A stretch of DNA of 64,000 bases from an uncultured delta proteobacterium (lineage in GTDB: Bacteria > Desulfobacterota > Desulfuromonadia > Geobacterales > DSM-12255): contig CAWBBV010000001.1 in NCBI GenBank assembly GCA_963787125.1, forward strand, positions 608,001 to 672,000. The letters are read 5' to 3'. Every line of letters starts with the position of its first letter. Position 1 is the first letter of the stretch. The translations under genes were made by a program, and so were the position numbers. Positions 20,972 through 31,135 of the stretch are shown here, one piece after another. The notes under the pieces were generated by a model, which was not told the DNA's origin, ran no database searches, and was given only the letters and a program-made list of their open reading frames with translations.

Positions 20972-21965
20972 TGCAACCATGATAATGCTGGTGCTGGTAA
21001 TTCTCGCGGCGCTGGCGTTCGATTATATAAACGGTTTTCATGACACGGCCAATGCCATTGCCACCTGTGTTTCTACCAGAGCGCTGACTGTAAAAGCAGC
21101 TATTTTAATGGCTGCAGTGCTTAATTTTGCCGGGGCAATGGTATCGACAAAAGTAGCAGCGACTATTGGAAAAGGGATAGTCGACAAGGATCACATCACT
21201 CAGATGGTTGTGCTTGCCGGAATTCTGGGGGCGATAATTTGGGACATCATAACCTGGTATTACGGACTCCCCTCTTCGTCCTCCCATGCGATCATCGGCG
21301 GCCTGATGGGCGCAGTGATGGCGCACGCTGGTGCTTCGGCGCTTCACTGGACGGGACTCAAGAACATCGTCCTTGCCCTCTTGATCTCGCCGGTAATAGG
21401 CACTGCATTAGGCTTTACCTTTATGGTCATAATCTATTGGGCTTTTCGCAACAAAGCTCCTTCCGGGCTCAATAAGGGCTTCCGACGGATGCAGATTGTT
21501 TCTGCTGCATTCATGGCATTCTCTCACGGCACTGCCGATGCCCAGAAGTCAATGGGCGTAATTACCATGGCGCTCCTGAGCTACGGACTGATTCCATCTT
21601 TTGATGTTCCGACCTGGGTAAAAATCGCTTGTGCGGTTTCAATGGGCATAGGAACAGCTGCCGGAGGATGGAGGATAATAAAGACGGTAGGTCACGACTT
21701 CGTCAAGCTGCAACCGGTGCATGGGTTCTGCGTGGAGACAGCCTCAGCAGGGGTAATTCTGGGGGCTGCTTCAATGGGTATGCCGGTCAGTACAACCCAC
21801 GTCATCACATCGGCAATACTTGGTGTAGGCCTTTCCAAAAGAATATCCGCAGTGAACTGGGGAGTTGCCCAGCGGATTCTGATAGCTTGGGTACTTACCA
21901 TCCCGGCATCGGCAATCGTTGCCTACGCCTGCTATCTTCTTCTGTCACCCTTTCTCGGCACGTAA
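20964..21965 (+). CDS. pit: PiT-family inorganic phosphate transporter
   Basis: NGFHDTANAIAT, GLPSSSSHA, HGTADAQK, PVSTTH. Confidence 0.95.
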   Translation: MPDATMIMLVLVILAALAFDYINGFHDTANAIATCVSTRALTVKAAILMAAVLNFAGAMVSTKVAATIGKGIVDKDHITQMVVLAGILGAIIWDIITWYYGLPSSSSHAIIGGLMGAVMAHAGASALHWTGLKNIVLALLISPVIGTALGFTFMVIIYWAFRNKAPSGLNKGFRRMQIVSAAFMAFSHGTADAQKSMGVITMALLSYGLIPSFDVPTWVKIACAVSMGIGTAAGGWRIIKTVGHDFVKLQPVHGFCVETASAGVILGAASMGMPVSTTHVITSAILGVGLSKRISAVNWGVAQRILIAWVLTIPASAIVAYACYLLLSPFLGT

Positions 21966-21966
21966 A

Positions 21967-22004
21967 ACCAGATAGGGCATGCCTGAAGGCATGCCCTATC
22001 TGGT
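21967..22004. terminator. Perfect 18-bp inverted repeat between convergent pit and hemL
   Basis: ACCAGATAGGGCATGCCT-GA-AGGCATGCCCTATCTGGT. Confidence 0.7.
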
Positions 22005-22059
22005 AATCCCAAAGAAAACCTACGACAACCCTCCATTTTCAAGAAAGTTCGGCGCAGAA

Positions 22060-23343
22060 TCAGAGGCTCTTGAAACATTTGCCGGCAGCGGCAATTGTCC
22101 GATCCAGATCATCAGGCGAGTGGGCGATTGAAACGAAACCGGTTTCATACTGTGAGGGGGCGAGATAGATCCCCTCTTCAAGCATGCCACGGAAGTAAGT
22201 GGCAAAAGCTTTGGTGTCGCTTGTGGCGGCGCTCTCCCAGTCAGTTACTACATTGGCGGTGAAAAATGTACAAAACATGCTGCCAACTCGGGTTGAATAA
22301 ACTGGATAACCGGCGTCTTTGGCGGCTTTGGCGATGCCTGCAGCAAGGTAGGCGCTCTTCTCTTCAAGCTGTTGATAGAATCCAGGTTTTTTGATGAGGT
22401 TGAGGGTCGCGATACCGGCGCTCATTGCCAGCGGGTTGCCGGAAAGAGTTCCTGCCTGGTAGACACCGCCGGACGGCGAGAGCAGAGCCATTATCTCTTT
22501 CTTGCCACCAAAAGCGCCAACGGGCAGGCCACCGCCAATGATTTTGCCGAGAGTAGTCATGTCGGGAGTAACTCCGTAAACCTCTTGTGCGCCGCCGTAG
22601 GCGACTCTGAAGCCGGACATGACCTCGTCAAATATCAGGACGATGCCTTCATCAGTGCAGAGTTTGCGCAGGCCTTCAAGGAAGCCTGGCTGAGGCGGAA
22701 CGGTCCCCATGTTGCCTGCAACCGGTTCAATGATAATACAGGCTATCTGGTTGCTGTTTTCACTAACAAGCTGCTTTACGGAATCAAGGTTGTTGAAAGT
22801 TGCTGTAAGGGTAAGTTTGGCAAAGTCCTGTGGCACTCCGGGAGAGTCTGGAACACCGAAAGTGGCAGCGCCGGAACCAGCCTTGACGAGCAGAGCATCT
22901 GAATGGCCATGATAGCAGCCGGAAAACTTGATGATCTTGTCACGACCGGTATAGCCGCGGGCAAGGCGAATGGCGCTCATTGTGGCTTCGGTCCCTGAAC
23001 TGACCATTCTGACCATCTCGATTGAGGGGACAGCATCGATAACCATTTGCGCAAGAGTGATCTCTTTTTCAGTCGGGGCACCAAAGCTTGCACCGCTGTC
23101 AGCGGCGGATTTTACTGCAGCAACAACATCGGGATGACAATGTCCAAGAATCATTGGTCCCCATGAGCCGACATAGTCAATGAACTGATTGCCGTCTACA
23201 TCAAAAACGTTACAGCCTGAAGCTCTGGTTATAAAAAGCGGGTCGGCGCCAACTGATCTGAAGGCCCGAACAGGGCTGTTGACCCCTCCGGGGATAGACT
23301 CTTTTGCTAATGAAAACAGCTGACTTGATTTAACATAATTCAT
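22060..23343 (-). CDS. hemL: Glutamate-1-semialdehyde 2,1-aminomutase
   Basis: [34 protein letters not shown]. Confidence 0.98.
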   Translation of the reverse strand: MNYVKSSQLFSLAKESIPGGVNSPVRAFRSVGADPLFITRASGCNVFDVDGNQFIDYVGSWGPMILGHCHPDVVAAVKSAADSGASFGAPTEKEITLAQMVIDAVPSIEMVRMVSSGTEATMSAIRLARGYTGRDKIIKFSGCYHGHSDALLVKAGSGAATFGVPDSPGVPQDFAKLTLTATFNNLDSVKQLVSENSNQIACIIIEPVAGNMGTVPPQPGFLEGLRKLCTDEGIVLIFDEVMSGFRVAYGGAQEVYGVTPDMTTLGKIIGGGLPVGAFGGKKEIMALLSPSGGVYQAGTLSGNPLAMSAGIATLNLIKKPGFYQQLEEKSAYLAAGIAKAAKDAGYPVYSTRVGSMFCTFFTANVVTDWESAATSDTKAFATYFRGMLEEGIYLAPSQYETGFVSIAHSPDDLDRTIAAAGKCFKSL

Positions 23344-23456
23344 TTGCTACCTCACAGGCCATAATGTAATTAAAGTATGATTTTCTCGGAGTTAGCATAG
23401 TTTTCTCAGAACTGTCAAGGATCGATTCCCGGTGCTATAATTAAAGATATTTTTTC

Positions 23457-23485
23457 TTGACATGGAAGATTAAATGCCCTAAATT
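23457..23485 (+). promoter_or_regulatory. Sigma70-type promoter of nuo operon
   Basis: TTGACA-17 nt-TAAATT. Confidence 0.7.
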
Positions 23486-23493
23486 ACGCGGCG

Positions 23494-23510
23494 TTGTATA
23501 CAGTATACAA
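23494..23510. promoter_or_regulatory. Palindromic operator just downstream of the nuo promoter (HgtR-like)
   Basis: Perfect 8-1-8 palindrome TTGTATAC-A-GTATACAA. Confidence 0.7.
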
Positions 23511-23596
23511 AAGAGAGTTTCACGTACAACTCGTTGATATTTGGATAGTTGCACTAAGAGCAAATAAACTTTTTGAAAGAGCAGGCGGAGGTTCAG

Positions 23597-23953
23597 ATGT
23601 TAGGGGCATATCTCCCGATAATTTTACTTTTGGTCATTGCGGTCTGTTTCGGACTCGGTTCTCTCGTATTTTCTTCCCTTATTGGACAGAAGAAGTTGTC
23701 AGCTGTAAAGCTGCAGCCTTACGAGTGCGGCTGTGAGCCGGTAGGGAGTGCTCAAGAGCGTTTCTCAATCAAGTTCTACCTCATCGCGATGCTCTTTATA
23801 CTGTTCGATATCGAATGTGTATTCCTTTACCCATGGGCGGTTCTTTTTAAGCGTCTAGGGGTTTTTGGTCTTCTGGAGATGGGGGCTTTCATGCTGATCC
23901 TCTTCGTTGGCTATATTTACATATGGAAAAAAGGAGCCTTGGAATGGGAGTAG
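23597..23953 (+). CDS. nuoA: NADH-quinone oxidoreductase subunit A
   Basis: [27 protein letters not shown]. Confidence 0.97.
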   Translation: MLGAYLPIILLLVIAVCFGLGSLVFSSLIGQKKLSAVKLQPYECGCEPVGSAQERFSIKFYLIAMLFILFDIECVFLYPWAVLFKRLGVFGLLEMGAFMLILFVGYIYIWKKGALEWE

Positions 23954-24459
23954 ATAATCCGCTTGGCGACAACATTATCACTGCTTCTCTTGACGGTCTC
24001 GTCAACTGGTCACGGAAATCATCAATCTGGCCGATGACCTTTGGTCTTGCCTGCTGTGCTATCGAAATGATGGCAACCGGTGCATCACACAACGACCTTG
24101 ACCGCTTCGGCATCATCTTCCGGGCATCACCACGTCAGTCTGACTGCATCATTATAGCGGGTACGGTTACCAAGAAGATGTTACCCGTCATCAAGACTGT
24201 TTATGAGCAGATGCCTGAGCCGAAATGGGTTATTGCGATGGGTGCATGTGCCTGCTCCGGTGGTATTTTTGACACTTACAGTGTTGTTCAGGGAATAGAT
24301 GAGGCGTTGCCAGTTGATGTTTATATCCCCGGCTGTCCTCCTAGGCCTGAAGCGCTTTTATTCGGACTAATGAAGCTTCAGGACAAGATAATGTCAGAAC
24401 GCAATTCGTTCGGTGCGACCATTGGTCTTGGCGAACGTTACATACCTGAAGCAGCATAA
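23944..24459 (+). CDS. nuoB: NADH-quinone oxidoreductase subunit B
   Basis: [27 protein letters not shown]. Confidence 0.97.
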   Translation: MGVDNPLGDNIITASLDGLVNWSRKSSIWPMTFGLACCAIEMMATGASHNDLDRFGIIFRASPRQSDCIIIAGTVTKKMLPVIKTVYEQMPEPKWVIAMGACACSGGIFDTYSVVQGIDEALPVDVYIPGCPPRPEALLFGLMKLQDKIMSERNSFGATIGLGERYIPEAA

Positions 24460-24485
24460 AAGATATCACGACCAAAGGAAAAGGT

Positions 24486-24980
24486 GTGGCTGATATGGCT
24501 GAAAACAATCGTGCAGTAATCAAGCTTAAAGAGCGTTTCGCTGCTGATATAGTTGAAGTTAAAGAGTTCCGTGGTGAAGTTACCGTGACGGTCAAGAAAG
24601 AGAACATTGTAGAAATTTGCACTTTTCTCAAAACAGTTCTGGCGTATAACCTTCTGACAGATGTTACCGCAGTAGATTATCTCGGTCAGGATCCTCGTTT
24701 TCTGGTTGTTTACAATCTCTACTCAATTCCTAACAAGGACCGGCTTCGCCTGAAAGCACAGGTTGCAGAGTCTGCCAGTTCAATTGACACAGTTTCAAAA
24801 GTCTGGTCTTCAGCTGATTGGTTGGAGCGCGAGGTTTTCGACCTTTTCGGGATAACATTCAATGGCCATCCTGATCTTCGCAGGATTCTTATGACTGACG
24901 ACTGGGTAGGTCATCCGCTTCGCAAGGATTATCCACTACAGGGGCCTGACCGGGAGCCATATAAAGGGCGCCTTTCCTGA
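24486..24980 (+). CDS. nuoC: NADH-quinone oxidoreductase subunit C
   Basis: WLEREVFDLFGI, GHPLRKDYPL. Confidence 0.97.
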   Translation: MADMAENNRAVIKLKERFAADIVEVKEFRGEVTVTVKKENIVEICTFLKTVLAYNLLTDVTAVDYLGQDPRFLVVYNLYSIPNKDRLRLKAQVAESASSIDTVSKVWSSADWLEREVFDLFGITFNGHPDLRRILMTDDWVGHPLRKDYPLQGPDREPYKGRLS

Positions 24981-25022
24981 TTAACAAATAGCAGTTCTAC
25001 ACTCTGCAGGGGTGATAAACCA

Positions 25023-26195
25023 ATGGCAAAAAAAGAGACAATGACAGTAAATATGGGACCACAGCATCCGTCAACTCACGGTGTTCTGCGTCTTGTAATC
25101 GAGCTTGACGGAGAGATTATCGAGAAGATTACTCCGCATATCGGTTATCTCCATCGTGGCGTAGAGAAACTTTCTGAACACCGCACCTATCATCAGACTA
25201 TTCCTCTTACTGATAGACTCGACTATTTGGCGCCGATGAGCAACAACCTCGGTTATGTTCTGGCCGTCGAAAAGCTGCTAGCTATAGAGATTCCTGAACG
25301 TGCGGAAACCGTCAGGGTTATTCTTGCCGAGTTGACACGACTCAAGTCTCACCTTGTCTGGATTGCCTGTCACGCTCTTGACATCGGCGCAATGACAGTC
25401 TTCATTTATGCTTTCCGTGAGCGCGAGAAGATCATGGAACTGTATGAGAAGATCTCCGGTGCACGTATGACAAGCAATTACTTCCGTATTGGTGGTCTTT
25501 CAAGCGATGTATATCCTGGCTTTGAAAAGGATGTTCAGGAGATACTTGATACCTTCCCGGGGCATCTGGATACTTACGAGGGACTTCTTACAAAGAATAC
25601 CATCTGGCTGCAGCGCACAATCGGGAACGGTGTGATCTCTGCAGAAGACGCCATTGATGCCGGTATCACCGGTCCGGCGCTGCGCGGTTCGGGTGTTGAT
25701 TGGGATCTCCGCCGTGATAATCCTTACAGTGGCTACGAGAAGTACAGTTTCAAGGTTCCGGTAGGTGAAAATTGTGACACTTTCGACCGTTATAAGGTCC
25801 GTCTGGTCGAAATGCGTCAGGCAATGAACATTATTGCGCAGGCACTCAAAGCGCTGAAGCCGGGACCGGTTCTTGCTGATGAGCCGCAGGTTTGCTATCC
25901 GCCGAAAGAGAGTGTCTATAACTCGATAGAAGGTCTTATTCACCATTTCAAGATTGCCAGTGAAGGTTTTCCTGTCCCAGAAGGAGAAGTTTATCAGGGG
26001 ATTGAAGCTCCAAAAGGTGAACTGGGCTACTATCTGGTAAGCGATGGCAGCAACAAACCTTACAGAATGAGAGTGCGTCCGCCTTCATTTGTAAATCTGT
26101 CGGCAATTGAGAAGATGGCAAAAGGTGGAATGATCGCAGACTTGGTAGCAGTAATCGGAACCCTTGACATAGTTCTGGGTGAAATCGACCGTTAA
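25023..26195 (+). CDS. nuoD: NADH-quinone oxidoreductase subunit D
   Basis: GPQHPSTHGVLRL, GYLHRG, GEIDR. Confidence 0.97.
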   Translation: MAKKETMTVNMGPQHPSTHGVLRLVIELDGEIIEKITPHIGYLHRGVEKLSEHRTYHQTIPLTDRLDYLAPMSNNLGYVLAVEKLLAIEIPERAETVRVILAELTRLKSHLVWIACHALDIGAMTVFIYAFREREKIMELYEKISGARMTSNYFRIGGLSSDVYPGFEKDVQEILDTFPGHLDTYEGLLTKNTIWLQRTIGNGVISAEDAIDAGITGPALRGSGVDWDLRRDNPYSGYEKYSFKVPVGENCDTFDRYKVRLVEMRQAMNIIAQALKALKPGPVLADEPQVCYPPKESVYNSIEGLIHHFKIASEGFPVPEGEVYQGIEAPKGELGYYLVSDGSNKPYRMRVRPPSFVNLSAIEKMAKGGMIADLVAVIGTLDIVLGEIDR

Positions 26196-26221
26196 ACTCC
26201 CTGCAAAGGAGATGGAAGTTC

Positions 26222-26746
26222 ATGAGTAACGTAGCCACCCAAAACAGTGCAACTGAAGAGAAAGTTGAAGAGACTGTCGATTTGACAGCCGCGAATGCGG
26301 TGATTGATAAATATCTCACGCTTCATGGAAATCTTATGCCGGTCCTTCAGGGGATTCAGGATGAGTATGGTTATGTTCCGAAGCCAACAATCGATCTGGT
26401 TGCTGAAAGGCTGAATGTTTATCCAAGTCAGATTTTTGGCGTTCTTACCTTTTATGCCCAGTTTCACCTCAAGCCTCGCGGTCGTTTTATTATCCGTGTT
26501 TGTGTTGGGACCGCCTGTCATGTTCAGGGTGCAACCAGAATTGTAGAAACTTTTTTTGACAAACTACGTATTGGCCATGCGGAAACATCACCTGACCTGC
26601 GCTATACGTTTGAGAAGGTTGCCTGTCTGGGAGCCTGTGGCATGGCACCGCTGGCGATGGTCAATGACGCTACCTACGGCGCGATGACAGTGCAAAAGGT
26701 CGAAGCGATCGTTGCTGATTACAATCAGCGACCAATGAAAAAATAA
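26222..26746 (+). CDS. nuoE: NADH-quinone oxidoreductase subunit E
   Basis: CVGTACH, CLGACGMAP. Confidence 0.95.
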   Translation: MSNVATQNSATEEKVEETVDLTAANAVIDKYLTLHGNLMPVLQGIQDEYGYVPKPTIDLVAERLNVYPSQIFGVLTFYAQFHLKPRGRFIIRVCVGTACHVQGATRIVETFFDKLRIGHAETSPDLRYTFEKVACLGACGMAPLAMVNDATYGAMTVQKVEAIVADYNQRPMKK

Positions 26747-26783
26747 GTAGCTCGATACTATTTCGGTAAGGGACAATTCAGTC

Positions 26784-28565
26784 ATGAGCGAAAATGCAGC
26801 AATAAAAATTCTGATCTGCCAAGGTACCGGCGGCGTATCGATGGGTGCCAAAGAGGTTGAGGCCGAGTTTGTCAGGGTCATTGCGGATAAGGGCGTTGAT
26901 GCCACTGTCGGCAAACGTTGTGACGTTATCAAGACCGGTTGCCGCGGACTTTGTGCCAACGATGTTCTGGTTGATATTATCACCGAAGATCAGGGGCGCG
27001 TTACCTACGACTTTGTTAAGCCGGAAGAAGTCGAAAATATCGTCAATGAGCATATTGTCAATAAAACGGTATTGGAGAAGCGTAAGGCAAAGCCTTATTA
27101 CAATACATTTGTTGATCAGCAGATGCGCGTCGTCATGACTGGTTGCGGTCAGATAAACCCGGAGAGTCTTGACGCATATCTTGCGGAAGACGGCTTCAAA
27201 GCTGTACAGCAGTGCGTCAAGCAGATGACCCCGGCTTCAGTCATCGATGAAGTGAAGAAGTCAGGTCTCAGAGGCCGTGGGGGCGGAGGTTTTCCCACTG
27301 GTATGAAGTGGTCCTTCTGTGCGGCTTCGCCAGGCAAGCTTAAATATGTAATCTGTAATGCTGACGAGGGTGATCCTGGTGCGTTCATGGACCGATCAAT
27401 ACTCGAAGGTGACCCATACTGCATCATCGAAGGGATGATGATAGCCGGTTTTGCAATCGGTGCAACTTATGGTTACGTTTATGTACGTGCTGAATATCCT
27501 TTGGCAATCGATCGTCTTCAGATGGCTATTGATGTCTGTTATGAAAAAGGGTATCTGGGTAAAAACGTCATGGACCTCGGCTTTGACTTTGATCTGAGAA
27601 TCAAGAAGGGCGCTGGAGCATTCGTCTGCGGTGAAGAAACAGCTCTCATGGCTTCCATTGAAGGTGAGCGTGGGATGCCTCGCCCTCGTCCCCCATTTCC
27701 AGCGGTTAAGGGTCTATGGGGCAATCCGACCAATATTAATAACGTCGAAACATTTGCAAATATTCGTCATATTATCCTCAAAGGCGCTGAATGGTACGCA
27801 TCGCTTGGTACTGAGACAACCAAAGGTACAAAGATCTTTGCCGTTACCGGCAAAGTTAAGCATACAGGCCTTGTTGAAGTCCCTGCCGGTATGATGGTTA
27901 GTGATGTTATTTACAAGGTTTGCGGTGGCATTGCCAACAACCGCAAGTTCAAGGCTGTTCAGGCCGGTGGGCCGTCAGGCGGCTGTATCCCTGCTGATAT
28001 TCTCGATACACCGGTTGATTATGACTCACTGATCAAGGCCGGAGCCATGATGGGGTCAGGTGGTCTGGTCGTCATGGACGAAACAACCTGTATGGTAGAC
28101 GTTGCCAGATTCTTTTTAAATTTCACTCGTGATGAGTCCTGCGGTAAGTGTGTTCCCTGCAGGATCGGCTTAAAGGCGATGCTGGATATTCTGGAGAGAA
28201 TAACAGAAGGCCGCGGAGAGATATCTGATATCGACAAACTGCTTGAAATGGGGACTACGATCAAGAAGGCTTCACTTTGTGGCCTCGGTCAGACAGCGCC
28301 TAATCCGATACTCTCTACTATAAAGTATTTCCGCCATGAATATGAGGCGCACATAAATGATAAGCGTTGCCCTTCAAACTGCTGCAAAGAGCTCCTTAAG
28401 TGGGAGGTTATAGCAGAGAAATGTGTCAAATGCGGTGCCTGTCTGAAAGCCTGCCCGGTTGACGCAATAAAGTGGGAAAAAGGGCAGATTGCTGAGCTGA
28501 TCAAAGAAAAATGTACTAAATGCAAGTCCTGCTATGATGCCTGCCGTTTCATGGCCATAGAGTAA
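26784..28565 (+). CDS. nuoF: NADH-quinone oxidoreductase subunit F, long HydB-like form
   Basis: GLRGRGGGGFPTG, NADEGDPGAFMDR, ESCGKCVPCR; extra N-terminal thioredoxin-like and C-terminal 2x[4Fe-4S] domains. Confidence 0.93.
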   Translation: MSENAAIKILICQGTGGVSMGAKEVEAEFVRVIADKGVDATVGKRCDVIKTGCRGLCANDVLVDIITEDQGRVTYDFVKPEEVENIVNEHIVNKTVLEKRKAKPYYNTFVDQQMRVVMTGCGQINPESLDAYLAEDGFKAVQQCVKQMTPASVIDEVKKSGLRGRGGGGFPTGMKWSFCAASPGKLKYVICNADEGDPGAFMDRSILEGDPYCIIEGMMIAGFAIGATYGYVYVRAEYPLAIDRLQMAIDVCYEKGYLGKNVMDLGFDFDLRIKKGAGAFVCGEETALMASIEGERGMPRPRPPFPAVKGLWGNPTNINNVETFANIRHIILKGAEWYASLGTETTKGTKIFAVTGKVKHTGLVEVPAGMMVSDVIYKVCGGIANNRKFKAVQAGGPSGGCIPADILDTPVDYDSLIKAGAMMGSGGLVVMDETTCMVDVARFFLNFTRDESCGKCVPCRIGLKAMLDILERITEGRGEISDIDKLLEMGTTIKKASLCGLGQTAPNPILSTIKYFRHEYEAHINDKRCPSNCCKELLKWEVIAEKCVKCGACLKACPVDAIKWEKGQIAELIKEKCTKCKSCYDACRFMAIE

Positions 28566-28604
28566 CAGTTCAACCTGAGAAATTCGAGGGAGACAGAGGT
28601 CGAG

Positions 28605-31085
28605 ATGGTTAATCTTACTATAGACGACATACAGGTTTCCGTAGCTCCTGATGCTACGATATATGACGCTGCCAAGGCTGTCGGCATTCGGATTCCTATA
28701 CTTTGCCACGACAAAAAGCTGCATCCGTTCGGCGGTTGTCGTATGTGTCTGGTCGAAATTGAGCAGATGAAAGGGCGTCTTATTCCAGCTTGTACAACCC
28801 CTGTTTCAGAGGGGATGATTGTCCGTACAACAACTGACGAGATTATGAAGGCAAGAAAGCTAGTGCTTGAACTTCTGCTCCTCAAGCACCCGCTTGATTG
28901 CCCGGTTTGCGACGCGGCTGGAGACTGTGACCTTCAGAATCTTACCTATGAATATAAGGTAGATAAAAACAACTTTACAGATGAAAAATTTCGGTGGGAT
29001 ATCGACTATGATAATCCACTGATCGAGCGTGATCAGAACCGTTGTATCCACTGCGGTAAATGTTCTCGAATCTGTGATGAAATTGTCTCTTTTGGTGCCT
29101 ACTCCTTTATTAATCGGGGTATTGAGGCAAAAATCGGTACTCCTTTTGACGAGAAACTCGACTGTGAATACTGCGGATCATGTATATCTGTCTGCCCAGT
29201 GGGTGCACTAATTGCCAAACCGTTTAAATTCAAGGCACGATGGTGGGCGCTGAAAAAAGTCAACTCTGTCTGCTCTTACTGCAGCACCGGCTGCCAATTG
29301 ACTCTCGGCGTAAAGGACGACAAAGTTCTGACAACCATTTACAATGAGGACCAGGGTTTCCATAATGGTCAGCTCTGCGGCCGTGGACGTTTTGGTTATC
29401 AGTTCATAAACAGTGAAAAGCGTTTGCAGGCCCCGCTCATTCGTAAAAATGACCAGCTTGTGCCCGCAACCTGGGACGAGGCTATTGAACTGATTACAAC
29501 TAAACTTGCTGGGCAGAAAGCAACAGATGCCTCAGCTGTAGCCGCTCTGGTCACGCCAAGACTAACCAATGAGGAGCTACTGCTCTTTAGAAAACTTTTC
29601 AAGGAAACTATCGGTACTGACAGTATCGATCATTCAGCAGGATACGCTCATGAAGCGCTTACCATCGGGATGAAGGAAAGTTTTGGCTTAACAGCATCTC
29701 CTTCCGTAATTGCTGATATACGGAAAACAGATCTGCTTCTTGTCGTTAAGACAGACGCCTATGAGACGCATCCTGTAATAGGTTTTGAAGTAAATCTTGG
29801 CGTTAAACGTAAAGGCGTTGATCTAAGAATTATCTCAGACAAGAGTGGCAAACTTTCCAAACTTCCAGACGCTAAGACTCTTGTGCATAAGCCTGGCAGC
29901 GAATTGATGCTGGTAAATGCGCTTGCAAAAATACTAATAGAAGAAAAACTTGCAGTCACCACTGCAGATGGTTTTGAAGCTCTCGAGTCTTTTCTTGATA
30001 AGATTTCTCTCGATCAGGTTGCCACAGCAACTGGACTTTCTGCAGAAGCAATGACTACGTTGGCACGTGACTATGCAAAAGCTGAAAAAGCGCTGATACT
30101 CATGCCGCTCGGACTTGCCTATCCCGGTCATAATAGTGAGTTGGCGCAGGCCCTTGCAAACCTTGCTATCCTGACTGGTAAGTTCGGGAAAGAGGGTTGT
30201 GGAATTCTAATCCTTGGTGAGAAGAACAACAGCCAGGGCGCAGCTGACCTTGCTATTCATCCAACTGCAGGCGGAATGAATGCGACGGCCATTATTGACG
30301 GCTGTATCAGCGGAGCTGTAAAGTTTCTCTATCTAGCCGGTGAAAATCCGCTTATATCCTACCCAGATAGAGCCAATACCCAGAAAGCGCTTGATACGGT
30401 ACCTTTCATTGTGGCTCAGGATCTATTTTTGACTGAAACAGCTCAGATGGCTGACGTTGTGCTGCCAGTGAAGTCTTTTGCCGAGAAGTGCGGCACATTC
30501 ACCAGTGCCGGTCGCGCTGTTCAGCGTGTGAGAAAAGCAATCAAGGCAGTAGGTCAGTCAAGAAGTGACGGGGAAATATTTGCTTCACTAATCAGCTCTC
30601 TATCCGGTGTGACCGTTTCTGATGATGCTGACCAGCTGCTGAAAGAGATTGCCTCAACAACTCATGGCTATGAGGGCTTAACTTTTGAAAAAATCGGTGA
30701 AACAGGCTCAGTATACCCGGTTACCGTCTCACCAAAACTTCGCATAGTTTCCGGAGTTAACATAGCTCATGAAACTGGAAAGTTCTCACTTGTAATCGGC
30801 AGTTCACTATATCATTGCGGCACGATGTCCCGTTACGGAGTAGGGCCGCTACTTGTCTGTCCTGAGCAGTATTTAGAACTTGGACGCAAAGATGCAGCAA
30901 AATTAGGTGTAGTTGAAGGTGATAAGGTAAAGGTGAAATCAATTGCCGGCGAGCTAGTTCTTCCGGTTAAAGTCGGTTTGCGTATGCCTGAAGGTGTTGT
31001 CTTTGCTCCATATCACTTTGATGAGAATTCGATTAACAGTATTGCAATCGGTTCAACTGTAACTTACGTAACGATCAGTAAATAG
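28605..31085 (+). CDS. nuoG: NADH-quinone oxidoreductase subunit G
   Basis: GGCRMCLVE, HPLDCPVCD, CIHCGKC, CEYCGSCISVCP, CSYCSTGC; Mo-bisPGD-fold C-terminus. Confidence 0.93.
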   Translation: MVNLTIDDIQVSVAPDATIYDAAKAVGIRIPILCHDKKLHPFGGCRMCLVEIEQMKGRLIPACTTPVSEGMIVRTTTDEIMKARKLVLELLLLKHPLDCPVCDAAGDCDLQNLTYEYKVDKNNFTDEKFRWDIDYDNPLIERDQNRCIHCGKCSRICDEIVSFGAYSFINRGIEAKIGTPFDEKLDCEYCGSCISVCPVGALIAKPFKFKARWWALKKVNSVCSYCSTGCQLTLGVKDDKVLTTIYNEDQGFHNGQLCGRGRFGYQFINSEKRLQAPLIRKNDQLVPATWDEAIELITTKLAGQKATDASAVAALVTPRLTNEELLLFRKLFKETIGTDSIDHSAGYAHEALTIGMKESFGLTASPSVIADIRKTDLLLVVKTDAYETHPVIGFEVNLGVKRKGVDLRIISDKSGKLSKLPDAKTLVHKPGSELMLVNALAKILIEEKLAVTTADGFEALESFLDKISLDQVATATGLSAEAMTTLARDYAKAEKALILMPLGLAYPGHNSELAQALANLAILTGKFGKEGCGILILGEKNNSQGAADLAIHPTAGGMNATAIIDGCISGAVKFLYLAGENPLISYPDRANTQKALDTVPFIVAQDLFLTETAQMADVVLPVKSFAEKCGTFTSAGRAVQRVRKAIKAVGQSRSDGEIFASLISSLSGVTVSDDADQLLKEIASTTHGYEGLTFEKIGETGSVYPVTVSPKLRIVSGVNIAHETGKFSLVIGSSLYHCGTMSRYGVGPLLVCPEQYLELGRKDAAKLGVVEGDKVKVKSIAGELVLPVKVGLRMPEGVVFAPYHFDENSINSIAIGSTVTYVTISK

Positions 31086-31135
31086 AAGAGCCTTCGGCAC
31101 AGTTCTAACTTTCTGGAAGAGGGGAAGAGGATAAT

